Part shown: positions 50,765 to 64,000 of the stretch, in pieces
How positions within the stretch are numbered: position 1 is the stretch's first letter
Layout: every line of letters begins with the position of its first letter
Assembly (NCBI RefSeq): GCF_006345805.1
Contig: NW_021834001.1
Location: 1 to 64,000, forward strand
Direction of reading: 5' to 3'
DNA length: 64,000 bases
Origin: Octopus sinensis
Taxonomy: Eukaryota
Translations under genes and position numbers: made by a program
The notes under the pieces: generated by a model
Told to the model about the DNA's origin: nothing
What the model saw: the letters and a program-made list of their open reading frames with translations, nothing else
Database searches by the model: none

Positions 50765-51829
50765 TATATATACATATAAGAAAATAGAGAAGAAATGTAG
50801 TGGATATTTATTTTATTTTATTTGTATCACGATGAAAACCTCAAATAGCGTAATACAAATAAGATTTAAAGGAACAGAATCAACATAAGAAATAAGCATA
50901 AAAGATGTCTACACATGTTTCAATCCGGCTACCGGATGAACACCGATTCGGATCATCCCGATTTCGAACCATGTTAAATGTAAAAGATCCCCCTCAGTAT
51001 GACCTGATTTCATCGGGGCAAATCCTTACATATTAGTGGTAAACAACGAATGCAGTATGATGGGTGTGGACTGTATTTTCAAATATTCCAATAACATAAA
51101 CAATTATTTGTTAGTAAAGATAGGACGCGGAGGTAGTTGTAGAGGGAGATATGATGTGATGAAATCTTACTATAATACTACGATATACTGTTATAGGTAT
51201 TAAGAGACATAAAGTAGTCATTTAAGTAGAATATAGGCTGTTATGGATATTGAAGAAAAGGGAGAAATGAAACAAATAAGGGTATAGAGAGGAATAGATT
51301 TTTCAGGAGGAAAAATAACGAAATGGGAATAGCATCAATATTGTAGTGGAGAAAGCTGCTTATTAGTTAGGTATGTAACAATTACTAAAAGTACTAAAAG
51401 AAAGCAATTATTAAAGAGTTGACCATCTGCAAATATTTTTATAAATTCATGTTCTAAGAAGTTTCATATAATTTCGATTTCTCAAGTTTATTGGATTTTT
51501 TAAAACAATCTAAATATTCATTGCATTCACTGCGTCCAATGCTTCACAAATTTAATTATTCATTGCATTCACTCCGGAGTATTCCATTTTTATTTGTAAA
51601 GTCTCACTTTCTCTTTTAATGTTTTCATTTCAAGTTTTAATTCGCTATCTGGACAACCGACAGTATATTTGATTAATGTATACGTGATGTAAAAATGAAT
51701 GAAATTCTTTTTGAAAAACCCGTATAATATTGTAAAAATAATTTAAAAGTGATTTTGTTCTTATGACTGTTTAGAACCCTATAAGCCTTGCAATAACTAT
51801 CCTGACCGATTTTGGTCATTTTCTTTTTC

Positions 51830-52640
51830 AGCTTAAAAACCATATGCTTTTCGGTAAAAAAAATGAGAAAAACAAAACAAAATGTAAATATTTTCAGAGG
51901 AAAAGGTGAACAATTCAATGGAAGTTTTGCTGTTGTTTCTAGCACAATCCAAACCACTCTCACTTTTTATTCTCACATGTATTGATGTTTGTTTCAATAT
52001 TTTTCTCCTACTGAACAGATTTTATGGAATGATGATGCTGAAGTAACACAAGAAAAAAAAAATTGTAATCTAAATTTTTAACCCAACCTTCGCGCTTCAA
52101 ACCGCGACCTGTTCACTGACAAAACTTCGTGCTGCATCATTTTTGTGAAGTTTTGTCAGTGAACAGGTCGCGGTTTCAAAGCGACGAAAATATTTTGACA
52201 CAAAAATGAAATTTAAATGTTGAAACTTACCAACATCTTCCACGCTGCAATTGTTTTTGCTTCAGCACACGATCTCAGATCAAGTCGCTTGCTATGCAAA
52301 TACATCTCCGTCATTTAAAAATATCCATGTGGATAAATGCCAGCAATGACCTTCTCATGGCTCTCCGATATTTTGATTTCTAAACAGAAACAATAGGGAG
52401 CAGTGAATGGGGTTGCAAAAATTCATAATTCCACAAATTTTCGTTTTTATAGTATATAAATGTATTTATGGGGGAAAATATTGAAAAGCATCAATACACG
52501 CGAGAGTGATTAAGAAACGATGAGGATTGTTTTGGGATGTGCTAGAAATAACAACCAAATCACTCTTAAATCACTCAGTTTTCCCTTTGAAAAAAATTTT
52601 TTTTTTTACCGAAAATGCTCTTCCCATGGTTTTGAAGTGC
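51830..52640. mobile_element. Degenerate foldback/MITE-like DNA element with a perfect central hairpin
   Basis: Outer arms ~51830-52010 and ~52470-52640 match only patchily (TTTTCGGTAAAAAA / TTTTTTACCGAAAA); inner 30-bp perfect IR at 52099-52128 / 52147-52176. Confidence 0.65.
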
Positions 52641-53185
52641 AAGTCGATTACAACGAGCCCCGTGCTCAACTAGTACTTACTTATTTGACCGCGAAAGGAA
52701 GAAGTCGACCTCGGTGGAATTTGAACTTAGAACGCGCACACAGACTGAATGCCGCTAAGCATTTTGCACAGCGGGTTAACGATTCTGCCGGCTCACCGCC
52801 TTAGTGTATGCTCGGGTATTGCTTTTGTTATTTCTCTGGTTTCGTTCCTTGCTTGGATCTTACGGAAATTTAATTTTTTACTTATTTTACGTATAACTTT
52901 GGTTATTATTATCTACTTATTATTTGTTGAACTGTATTTTTTCTGTATACTATATTTTTCCTATATTCATATTGTTTCCTATATTCACAGTCATACAGGT
53001 TTCAAATTTTGGGACAAGGCTAGAAATTTCGAGGAAGAGGATAAGCCGATTACATTGACCACAGTACTAAACTCGTACTTATTTTATCGACTCCAAAAAT
53101 CTAAAAGGCAAAGTAGACGGAATTTGAACTCGGTGGAATTTGAACTCAGAACGTAAGGATAGACGAAATGCCACCTCGCCGCCTT
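52640..53185 (-). mobile_element. SINE B copies (52640-52802; 52995-53185)
   Basis: GTCGACCTCGGTGGAATTTGAAC..; the second copy has a duplicated GGAATTTGAACTC. Confidence 0.8.
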
Positions 53186-53315
53186 CAGATTGACAGTTAT
53201 ATGTACCTACTCATATATTTTGTGCTTCAATTTACATAATGTGCCTGTGCGTCTGTGTGTGTATCTATAAATAGAATACGTGTACACTTTTTTGTTGATC
53301 TTACCATCACGGTAC

Positions 53316-53352
<37 letters not shown>

Positions 53353-53728
53353 ATGGGGGGGGTCTGTGTGTGTGTGTGTGTATGTATGCATGTATGTATA
53401 TCGTGGCTCTTTTAAGAGTTGACATCCTGCCCGCCCGAGTATTAATAACTTTATTATACTGTAGAGTATTTCCCTTTGATCTGACAGCCATACTGCCCTG
53501 TAACCCGATAAATAGTAGACAAGACAGTTTCTTGTCAAATATTTGAAATCGACCTGCGAACTTATGCACTTATTCTTTATTACTTCCTATTTCTTATTCT
53601 CTTTGCATTTTTATCATTTATTTACTCACACATACACACACACATACACACACATACACATACATGTATACACATATATGTACATATACAAACATACATA
53701 TGTATATCGATCTATCTATCTATGTATC

Positions 53729-53764
<36 letters not shown>

Positions 53765-53791
53765 CTATAGATATACATATGTGTATTTATA

Positions 53792-54010
53792 TACGATGTA
53801 GTGCCGAAAGTTCATGGCTTTAAGGGTGGCGTGAAAAGCTTGGCTGGAGACCCAATCCTCTGAGTTCTTTTACAGGGTTTAGAAAAACTGAAGGATCATT
53901 GCAATATGTGTGTGAATCTGAGAGGGGAATGCGTTGAATAAAATCATGATTAACTGATTCTCCTGTATTTTCTTTTATCCAAAACCAGAAACTTTCAGTA
54001 CCTCATCGTA
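53792..54010 (+). mobile_element. Internally deleted mariner-like element
   Basis: TA..TA ends; imperfect ~30-bp TIRs (TACGATGTAGTGCCGAAAGTTCATGG vs reverse complement TACGATGAGGTACTGAAAGTTTCTGG); C-terminus WLETQSSEFF/QGLEKLKDHCNMCVNLRGECVE* as in mariner transposases. Confidence 0.8.
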
Positions 54011-54034
54011 TATATAATATATATATATATATAT

Positions 54035-54146
<112 letters not shown>

Positions 54147-54164
54147 GTATATATATCTCAGAGA

Positions 54165-55450
54165 GCCGAGAGTGCATCCTAAGTAACTGCCTAATACTAT
54201 TGGCCAAAAAAAACGCCAGTGCTGTTTTCCTGAAGGTATAGGGGATAGAATCTGCGATGCTTGTAGCCAGTGATGACATATATCGCTTTTGACAAAGCAA
54301 GACGATGGCTGCTAGTACCGATAAAATATTGGCAAGACAGCTGAAGTTCATCAAAACTGTTACCTCAATATCACAAAGGTCAAATTGGTAATGATGTTGG
54401 AGATGTCGAAACAGGTTATTCCGTTAGTACTCCTCTTTTCCTGGAAAAAAAGTCGAGGAAGTGCTTCAGCAGAAAAGATCAACAGGTGTAGGGTTCGTGG
54501 ATTTATGTGAAAACATTGAACGGTGAGCAAAGAGTGATCTCAGTGAGGTGAAACAAAGAGGGTTTGCAAGCCAGTTCCTCTACAGAGCACACAATATAGG
54601 GAAGAACCATAGGGGCAGAAATGCGGAAAGCCATCAATATGCGTATAGAGGTTGCAGAGATTTCTTCCAGGGTCATGCATGGTTGTTACCATCTGGATGG
54701 ACACAAGTTGGCTTTCAACAATCTCACCCTCTCACTTGGTGTGAAAGAGTGACATTATACAGGTATATCAAATACAATATACATTCTAAACTTTGTTAAA
54801 ATTATTTCCACCTCTAGGGGATATGTTACACTTACCATATCTTAATCGAGAAAATCTGCGCTTGAGAAAGGTTTATAACTAAACAATCAAGAATTCTCCA
54901 AAGCTGGCAAGCTATTAAGGAAACGTATAGGCATATTGTCTGGATATAAGAGGACATTTGTGAGACATGTTTCTGCGTCATGTGGCGTTATCAGCACAAC
55001 ACTTGTTCTATGCAATTTGAAGTAAACAAAGAGCTCAGACTTTCACAAAACCCGTGAACAAATTTTAGGCAAGTCATTTGCATATATGACATTTATAAAC
55101 TTTGCTCAAATGTCATTGGTCAACCTATGGTTACAGAACACAGACGGTTATAGTACTGTAGACTTTCTTATCTTGTAGAGAAATCAAAACGCCACTTGAT
55201 CTACAAGAGTCTTTCCTGAACAGTAGCTACTTTCATGCATAATATTGACATTATCATTTGTTATGGCAGTATATACTTTACCAAATTCTAAGCCTGTAGG
55301 AGCAAGTCCCTTTCAATGGAGGTGTAGAGCCTCATTATATTATACTGAGGTGGAATAAATCTGCAGTAAATTTGTTTCCGATATTGTTGAATTATTAGAT
55401 GGCAGAGATAACTACAATGGATAGATGTCCATTTATTATCTATGCCCAAA
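54165..55450 (+). mobile_element. Decayed RTE-like LINE reverse transcriptase region
   Basis: ASTDKILARQLK (cf. STAGKILAR), VGFVDL (cf. AFVDLTKAFD), LGVK (cf. GVKQG), CET..W (cf. YGCETW) in order. Confidence 0.6.
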
Positions 55451-55497
55451 CATTTCTTTCTATAATTGTTATTCCGTATACATTCTCCATGCAAACA

Positions 55498-55826
<329 letters not shown>

Positions 55827-56223
55827 CTCCTCTAAACATATACTTTTTCATGTTTTTTACTATTCAATTTTTAAAAATTTCTATTTACCATATTTTTCGA
55901 TTTATACGTTTCTTTACATTTTCTTTTTATGTATATCAACGTCTTATAGAACATAGTTGCAGCCTTATCAATTGAGAGATGCTGTTCATGCTTTTAGGTG
56001 CTGTGTCTATATACTTTCTGCGACGATTTATTTTGCGTACAATCATTACGAGTGATCGTTCCTCACAATGCTAAAATGGTTGAAACGATATCTTTGAAAA
56101 GTAAGAACAAAGCATTCACCTATTACTACTACTACTGGTGATGGCGATGTTGGTGATGATAATGCTGTTAATGATGACAATTATATATACATACATATAC
56201 ATATCTATAATCATTACAATATC

Positions 56224-56450
56224 TAGCGAACTGGCAGAATCGTTAGCAAGCCGGGCGAAATGCTTAGCGGTATTTCGTCTGCTGCTACGTTCTGAGTTCA
56301 AATTCCGCCGAGGTCGACTTTGCCTTTCATCCTTTCGAGGTCGATTAAATAAGTACCAGTTACGCACTGGTCGATATAATCGACTTAATCCGTTTGTCTG
56401 TCCTTGTTTGTCCCCTCTATGTTTAGCCCCTTGTTGGTAGTAAAGAAATA
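56224..56450 (+). mobile_element. SINE family B, full length
   Basis: GCGAACTGGCAGAATCGTTAGC..GTTCAAATTCCGCCGAGG..GTAGTAAAGAAAT. Confidence 0.93.
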
Positions 56451-56451
56451 T

Positions 56452-57317
56452 ATTATTTATCTTTTATGGCTTACTTGTTTCAGACAGTGGACCGTAGCCA
56501 TGCTAGGGTACCGCTTTGAAGGGTTTTAGTGAAAAAAATCGACTGCACTTCTTACTTTTAAAAGTCTGGTACTTATTCTATCAGTCTCTTTAACCGAACC
56601 ACTAAAATACGTAGACGTAACCAAATAAACAAACATCAGTTGTCAAGCGATGTGAGAATGGACCCAAACACAAAGACACAAACATACACACACACATACA
56701 CACACACACGTACACACACATTTTTAATCCCGCCAAACTTATGAGGAAATGATTATCGCCCTTGTAATGGCCGTGACCACAAAGGGAATTACATGTGCTT
56801 GACAACGGTATGTTTCCGAGGATTAATAATTTCTTATTTAAAAAGAGAAGAAGGGAAATCTTATTACCTTAACTAAAGTTTAAGACATTAAAACCACCAC
56901 AGAGCCATATGTTTGTTTGTTTGTTACGTGTTTCAGTCATTTTGACTGCGGCCATGCTGGAGCACCGCCTTTAATCGAGCAACTCGACCCCGGAACTTAT
57001 TCTTTGTAAGCCCAGTACTTATTCTATCGGTCTCTTTTGCCGAACCGCTAAGTTACGGGGACATAAACACACCAGCATCAGTTGTCAAGCAATGCTAGGG
57101 GGATAAACACAGACACACAAACATACACGCACATACATATATATACATATATACGACGGGCCTCTTTCAGTTTCCGTCTACCAAGTCCACTCACAAGGCT
57201 TTGGTCGGCCCGAGGCTATATTAGAAGACACTTGTCCAAGGTGCCACGCAGTGGGACTGAACCCGGAACCATGTGGTTGGTAAACAAGCTACTTACCACA
57301 CAGCCACTCCTGCGCCT
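56452..57317 (-). mobile_element. SINE family A: degenerate 3' half (56452-56720) and full copy (56925-57317)
   Basis: Reverse-complement tail GCCATGCTGGAGCACCGCC and head CCACACAGCCACTCCTGCGCCTA. Confidence 0.88.
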
Positions 57318-57943
57318 ATCATTGCAATCATTTGCGAAGTGTCACATTACAACCACATCGTAGTTTGTATCGTTACAATCACAGCATAGCTGTATCACTT
57401 CAATCATTGCTGGGCTGTTTCATTGCAATTGACACAGTATTGTGTCATCACAGGTACCACGGCAATCTCATCTGAATTACCTATGCTGTCTCATTACAAC
57501 CACCGCATATCCGTGCCATTAAAAACACTACTGAGGTGTTTCATTACAGTTACTCGTAGCTCTTTTTCAATACACCCAGCATTGAATTGAGCTTTGTCAT
57601 GAGATCCACTGCAAATACTATTGGCGGTATCATAATCAATTAAAGATATCACTGCAACCACCGACAAAGTGTTTCATTATAACCAATGCACTTTCATGTT
57701 GCGCAGATTTTTATACGTATTAAGCTTCAAAAGTATTTTCCTGTATATTTTTTTCATAATATGAATATTTAAAGTACTTAAGGAATTTGTCTGTCTCTTT
57801 TCACATTTAATTATTTTATAAGTTTTTTTTACTTATTTATCAGTTGATTAAAGAATCATTGGGCAATGTGATCTGATAAGGTTATAGATATTACATAAAC
57901 TATAACAATATATATAACTACACCTATAATACAATACATATTA

Positions 57944-58099
57944 TAGGTGTAGGAGTGGCTTTGTGGTAAGTAGTTTGCTTACGAATCATATCGTTCCCAC
58001 TGCGTGGCACCTTGAGCAAGTGTCTTCTATTGCCGTCTCAGGCCGACTAAAGCCTTGTGAGTGGATTTGGTAGACGGAAACTGAAAGAAGCCCGTCGTA

Positions 58100-58154
<55 letters not shown>

Positions 58155-58350
58155 TATATATATGGCCTGCTCGCTTAGCCAGCGGGGTGGCGTCATTCGA
58201 AAGCTAAAACAATGCGAACGCATTGTGAGCAGCGATGTGTAGCAACATCTGATAGTCTGGTCGGTCACGTGATCACGTGATATATATATGTATGTATGTG
58301 TGTGTATATGTTTGTGTGTGTTTGTCCCTCCCCAACACGCAGACGATTTA
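57944..58350 (+). mobile_element. SINE family A with a 115-bp structured insert in its (TA)n
   Basis: Head 57944-58097; insert ~58164-58280; body resumes TTTGTCCCTCCC. Confidence 0.85.
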
Positions 58351-58497
58351 CCAGTATAATTTGATTAAGGGTATTCTGAGAAAACAGAGGCTAATTTCAG
58401 AGCATAAAATATCTCATACATACATACATACATACATACATACATACATACATACCTATGTGTGTATATGTATATATACTTACGCACATACATACAC

Positions 58498-58589
<92 letters not shown>

Positions 58590-58679
58590 CATATTTACGT
58601 GCATGAATACACATAACCCCCACGCAGACACACACCTACATACATGCATACACGCAAACATACACACACACACGCACAT

Positions 58680-58850
58680 ACATATTTTCTCTCCTTGTTT
58701 CGTTCTGTGTTCCTTTTGTGGAAGAGCGTAGATCGAAACGTTAAAGACTTTTTTTCACTTTCCGAGCGTTATACTAATACATCTGTTTGCTGTCAACACC
58801 ATCTGTCTTCGACATTTTTCTTTGTGAATTCTTCCCCTATATATTTATAT
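58680..58850 (+). mobile_element. Short repeat (copy 2) with a hammerhead-like motif at 58713-58746
   Basis: CTTT TGTGGA A GAGC GTAG ATC GAAAC GTT AAAG followed by GAGCGTTATACTAATACATCTGTTTG, as at 45540. Confidence 0.55.
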
Positions 58851-59602
58851 ACTACAACAAGCACACGCATACATATAAACACACGTTTAGTGTTGACTGT
58901 CAGAAGAAAAATAATCAATAAAATAGTCGTGGTTTATTAATATATTTTATTTTGTCTAGGTGAATTGACCTTGTCCTTCATTCTTGTAAAGTGGAAAGTG
59001 TTTGTGGATTGACAGTTTGCACGGATCGCTGACTTCGGTATTGTTTGGTTTTCTTTGTGAGTAACCTAATTAGTCTTGGATAATGATTAAAGAAATCGTG
59101 TCTAACTGTGAGATTGTGCGGCATATGTGTGTGCATGTGCGCGCGCGCGTGTGTGTGTGTGTGTGTGTGGTGTGTGCCTGCGGATATGTGTGCACGTACG
59201 TATCTATATGCGTATGTGAACTCGTAAGTCTTTTGACAACTTATAGAAATTGTCCATAACATCTGTTGATATTTTGGCTTGAAAAGATGCCATACTCACA
59301 GCAAGACAAACAAAGCGAATAGTAATAAACACTTATAAGTAAGAATAAGAACGAAACAAATGAAGACAATAAGAATTCAAATGTTGCAAGATGGTATTCT
59401 TGAAATTAAATTTCTAAACAAGTATCATTCCAGATTCTTCCGAACATAAAACCATTCTTCGTTGTCTGCAATTATCCTGTCAGTCCTTCGGAAAAAAAAA
59501 TATGTCCTATATATATAACTTCTTTACAAATACTTTTTACATCTAGTTGCTGACCTGATTCACCATCGCACTGTCTCCCTCTTTCTCCAATATCACCATA
59601 AA

Positions 59603-59908
59603 TAAACCCACTTCGGTCATGAATGACCATGGTATTGCACCAAAAAGTTACCCTCCTAGACACAAGTTTGGGCAAGGTTGTTTATGGAAGGCCAGCAGTA
59701 GCCACCAATATTATCTCCATGCCACCAATGTTATCCAAGAGAAAGGCATAGACTGATAAAACTTGGCACCAGTGACGTCGCAACTCATTTCTACAGCTGA
59801 GTGAACTGTCTTGCTCAAGATCACAACACACGGCCCTGTTCGGGAATCAATCTCACTACCTCATGATTGTGAGCCTGACGTTCTAACCACTGAGCCATAC
59901 ACCTTCAC
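59603..59908 (-). mobile_element. SINE head D' + tail T3 with internal deletions
   Basis: Reverse-complement homologue of 45148-45478. Confidence 0.88.
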
Positions 59909-60254
59909 AATATCTCCATATACAGTTGTTCTATAACTTCTACTGACTTGCATGAATATTCGCGATCTCTTTAAATGCTTGGTAACTGATTTTAAAATGT
60001 TATTATTGTTCTAGTGACGTTTTTTTCATTTCAAACTCTCCATTAATCTACATATATCACCGCCCGAGAGATTAATTCGTAAATGAAGTGTGTGTATAGA
60101 TAATTTAATATAAATGTTGTGAAAATATATGATTATCAGGTATACATAAACAAATAAGATTTGAAATAAGTTGTCCATGGCATGAAAAATAGCGATATTA
60201 ACAAGAACCAAGAGCAATATATATATTATATATTATATATATATATAATATATA

Positions 60255-60413
60255 TATATATAATAAATAGGGTTCAGCAAAGATTTGCTTTACCACATAC
60301 CTAAGTTTATAGATAGCAGCCAAAAACCGTTAGATATTTCTTCAACTTTAAAAAGGGACTCCAGAAAAATCAAAATACTTGTTTTCAAGTATTTTATTTT
60401 TCTGGGAGTCCCT
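60255..60413. mobile_element. Short (TA)n-embedded element with terminal foldback
   Basis: AGGGACTCCAGAAAAATCAAAATACTTG TTTT CAAGTATTTTATTTTTCTGGGAGTCCCT (~28-bp arms). Confidence 0.6.
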
Positions 60414-60499
60414 ATATATATATATGTTAAAGGCGGTGCTCCAGCATGGCCGCAGTCAAATGACTGAAACAAGTAAAAGAGTAAAAGAGTATATATATG

Positions 60500-60587
<88 letters not shown>

Positions 60588-60599
60588 TATATAAATATA

Positions 60600-61200
60600 C
60601 GTATCTACGTATAAGCTCTGATAGAGTAAGGGAGATAATTTCCAGGATCTAGAAAACATGCCAGAAAAGGAATAGGTTGATTTTCAAAAGCCACATATAG
60701 ACTGATGATGTCCTCAATTAGCATACTGAAATTATTATCTACACTTCGTACTACAGCCCATATTCATAGTGCAGTCTACTATTTTCTACAGGTCATTAAC
60801 AAGATTTGTCTATTGAAATACAAAAGAATCTAAAATGTAAACAAAAACTTTGAGTATATTCTCGGTTAAATTTAAACTAAAACTAAAAATAGCTACGGGA
60901 AATAACAAATTTATACAGGTTAATGTCATGAGTATGTTAAAGAATGATTATTCACAATATAATCTTACTCTATTGATAGTTCCTTCTGAATGTAAATAAA
61001 ATCTTCTCGGAAAATGCTAATGAATCACAACGAGGAAGGGAGATAATTCCAAGAAAGTAAGAACGAATTACATGTATTAAATGTTTAAGGAAAAGACAGC
61101 CTGACCTCTGAGTACAGGAGAAGGGGAAATACGGATTTTGCTGGCGAAGCAAAATTGTATTTCGGTCAGCTTGACATCACTACCGTAGTACAATCTTGTA
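60600..61200 (+). mobile_element. Decayed CR1-like RT fragment
   Basis: VDFQK (~60678, cf. LDFQKAFD) and FAGEAKLY (~61139, cf. FADDTKLY). Confidence 0.35.
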
Positions 61201-61543
61201 AACCCTGTTTATAACGACATATTCCCCTTCACACACACACATACATACACACATACACACACGCGCGCTGACGCACACACATACGTAGGTACATTCATCT
61301 GTTCGACAGTGCATTGTCCTATGCTCATGAGATACAAAGTATGTATCAGTGTATATATATATTTTTTTTTCTCTTTTTTCTCTAGTTTCAGCTCAAAGCT
61401 GCGGCCATGCTGATGCACCGCCATTGATATATATATATATAAATACATATACATGCACGTATATATATATAGACACATACATATACATACGCGTATATAT
61501 ATACATATATATATATATTATTATATACACACATACGCATATG

Positions 61544-61585
<42 letters not shown>

Positions 61586-61632
61586 AACGCATATGTATGT
61601 ATATATATATAATATATACACAAACGCATATG

Positions 61633-61676
<44 letters not shown>

Positions 61677-61702
61677 GTTTCTTTCTCCCCCCTCTCTCTC
61701 TC

Positions 61703-61751
<49 letters not shown>

Positions 61752-64000
61752 CATATATACACATATATATATACATATATATACATATATACACATATAT
61801 ATATATATATACATACATACTTATATACATATATATATGTACACATCTATTTGTTTGTGCATTTATATGCATAATGCTGCATCAACATATGCGCATGAGT
61901 TTGCAGAAATCCTCACAAACACAGACACACACATACACGTAAAGAGTGTGTGAATATGTGAGATCGGGAGTTCTTGCATTAATACTTGTGTGTGATATGT
62001 TTCCCTAGATACGTATGTAATTTACTAGAAATTTGGTGGAAAACCATTTTTTTTCCCTTTCAGAATAGGAATGTTCGAAATAACTCTTGTAAAGATTTTT
62101 TTCTTTTTCATAAAATAATTAGATATCGGAATATATACATAGGAGTGGGCTGAGACTACGTAAACACTAATGAAAGAAAAATTTTTGAATAGTGGGAGGA
62201 AGCAGCAATGGAATTTGTTTGCAAGGGTTAAAATGTTGGAAATTTTCCCAGCTATGTGAAATTAGGAAATGTATTTTATGTTTGCTTTTGTTTCTGTTTG
62301 TATTTTCTTTTTTGGATTTTTCGTTTTTATTGTCAAAGGTAAAGCCTATCTGAAAGGAGGTTTCCAATACAGATGGAATATTTGAATAAATGAACAGCCT
62401 GATAAACAAATAAATTATCGGTAGCATTTTACTGTCTGCTGGAAATTTCGTGCTTGGAATCATAAACGATATCTTCTTCCGAGTAGTAATTGCCAACAAC
62501 ACTTTATTTCACATACAACTCTGTCGTCTGTTTTGACCGATTCAGCTTTCTTCTCTCGCTCATTAACGTTTCAGAACCAAAAAAAAAAAAAGTATTCATT
62601 CAATATGGTGGCAGAAACACAGAGCTATTTTTGTAAGTCAATAAGAGCTAATAACAACTGTATAGTTAGTATGCAATGAGAGATATACTTATAATTTTTT
62701 GCCATTATGGTTTATATCAAATGGAGCCTACTTGTAATAAAAGTTAATAGCGCAGGAGAGACTACAAGCGAACATACACATTTCAGCAAACAGTGCAATA
62801 AAGCGTATGAGCTACAAGACGGCTTGAGAATTATTTCAAAATGCGGTTTTTATTATATTGTTAATAAAAACGTGTCGCATTATTAGAATTGGTTTCTATA
62901 ATGTTTCATCGAGACACATAAATGAAATACCTACTCGCTCGCTCACCCACTCACTCACTCATTCTATCGCTCTTTCGCTCTCCTTCTTTCTCTCTCTATA
63001 TATACATAATGCATAAACAGACTAATATAATGTACTTGTAGACTAAATGATTTATAAAACGATAATAGTATTGTATTTCCATATATGACATTGGAAAACT
63101 AAATACATAAATAGAATTTCCTTTAATAGAAGACTGCACCTCAATTAAATTAGTTTATGGAACCAAAACTACAATACAGACCAAATTTATCATCAATTCA
63201 TTAGTATTATATTTCGTAATATATGTATATTATGTAGTAAAGGTTCATAAAAGCTAAGAAATTCACGTATTACAAATTCAAACTACTGTAATTGTTTAAA
63301 ATCTAATTAGAGAGAAGCTGAGAGCAACAGAAAATATTTTTATGAATATATTAACGATGTATATAATTACACGATTTTATATTTAAATATGTATGAATGT
63401 ATGTATGTGTATATATCTGTGTGTGTGCAAATGTATAAATGTTATTATATATGCATGGTTGTGTGTATATATGTATAGAGTGCAATTTAAGTTGTATGAT
63501 ACATAACCGGTGTTTACATACCTATATCTGCTTTTTAACATCGAAAGAGAGCAGATATAACTTTCACTGAAACATATGTAAAATGGCGTAATTAAATAAT
63601 TTATGAAGCAAGTCGGCGACTGTGTTTTACACGCACACAGACACACATACACGGTTGTAGATCTTTACCATCTTGTCTGATATTTAATCTCGGCATGAAT
63701 TTAAAAAATTTCGAAGTATTTTAACTGAGCGCTCTTCTCACTATTGCTCGACGCCTACAATATTTTACCACTTTAAAAAGGTCATGTTTACTCCCATACA
63801 TACACATAACACAGTTCAACGTAAATACGAAATCCTACGCCAATTACCAATTCCTCAACAACTTTGTTTACACTGACAGACATAGACATACACTCACATA
63901 AACTCACCAAATTCCCGTGCAACCGTTCTCACCACCCACGTAACAATTACACGTACACCGATATATGCCTATTCAAGCCCAGTAACCAACACTACCAAAT

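Noticed and set aside
50905-50965. Minus-strand GGATGA-TCCG..CGGA-TTGAAAC-ATGT-GTA
   Set aside because: The core is mutated and stem I does not pair.
59296-59402. Minus-strand candidate exon ending at a GTGAGT donor with a hydrophobic frame
   Set aside because: T-rich DNA gives hydrophobic translations by chance; the acceptor is weak and there is no homology cue.

Overview
AT-rich, microsatellite-dense eukaryotic DNA. The SINE families and simple-repeat load strongly suggest an octopus (cephalopod) genome; this is recognition by eye, not a database hit. I found no convincing host protein-coding exon, so the window looks intronic or intergenic, and most long ORFs in the track are simple-repeat artefacts. 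It is a layered mobile-element landscape: many tRNA-derived SINEs (some nested, multimeric or modular), decayed LINEs (two near full-length R4/Dong-like relics, plus RTE-like and CR1/L2-like relics), a young CR1-like 3' fragment, a young Dong-like 3' fragment inside (TAA)n, a non-autonomous Helitron, a deleted mariner and several MITE-like foldbacks. The most notable signal is a set of short, non-coding elements in (TA)n tracts, often folded back on themselves, that carry minimal type-I hammerhead ribozyme folds. Three copies have a complete catalytic core (7108-7183 +, 6688-6763 -, 17665-17706 -) and several more are variant or decayed. They belong to at least four unrelated sequence families and look like Penelope-derived or retrozyme-like RNA mobile elements. 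Also notable: SINE multimers bracketed by a single target-site duplication, combinatorial head/tail shuffling among SINEs, and a SINE 3' stem-loop shared, with compensatory changes, with the CR1-like LINE in the same window.
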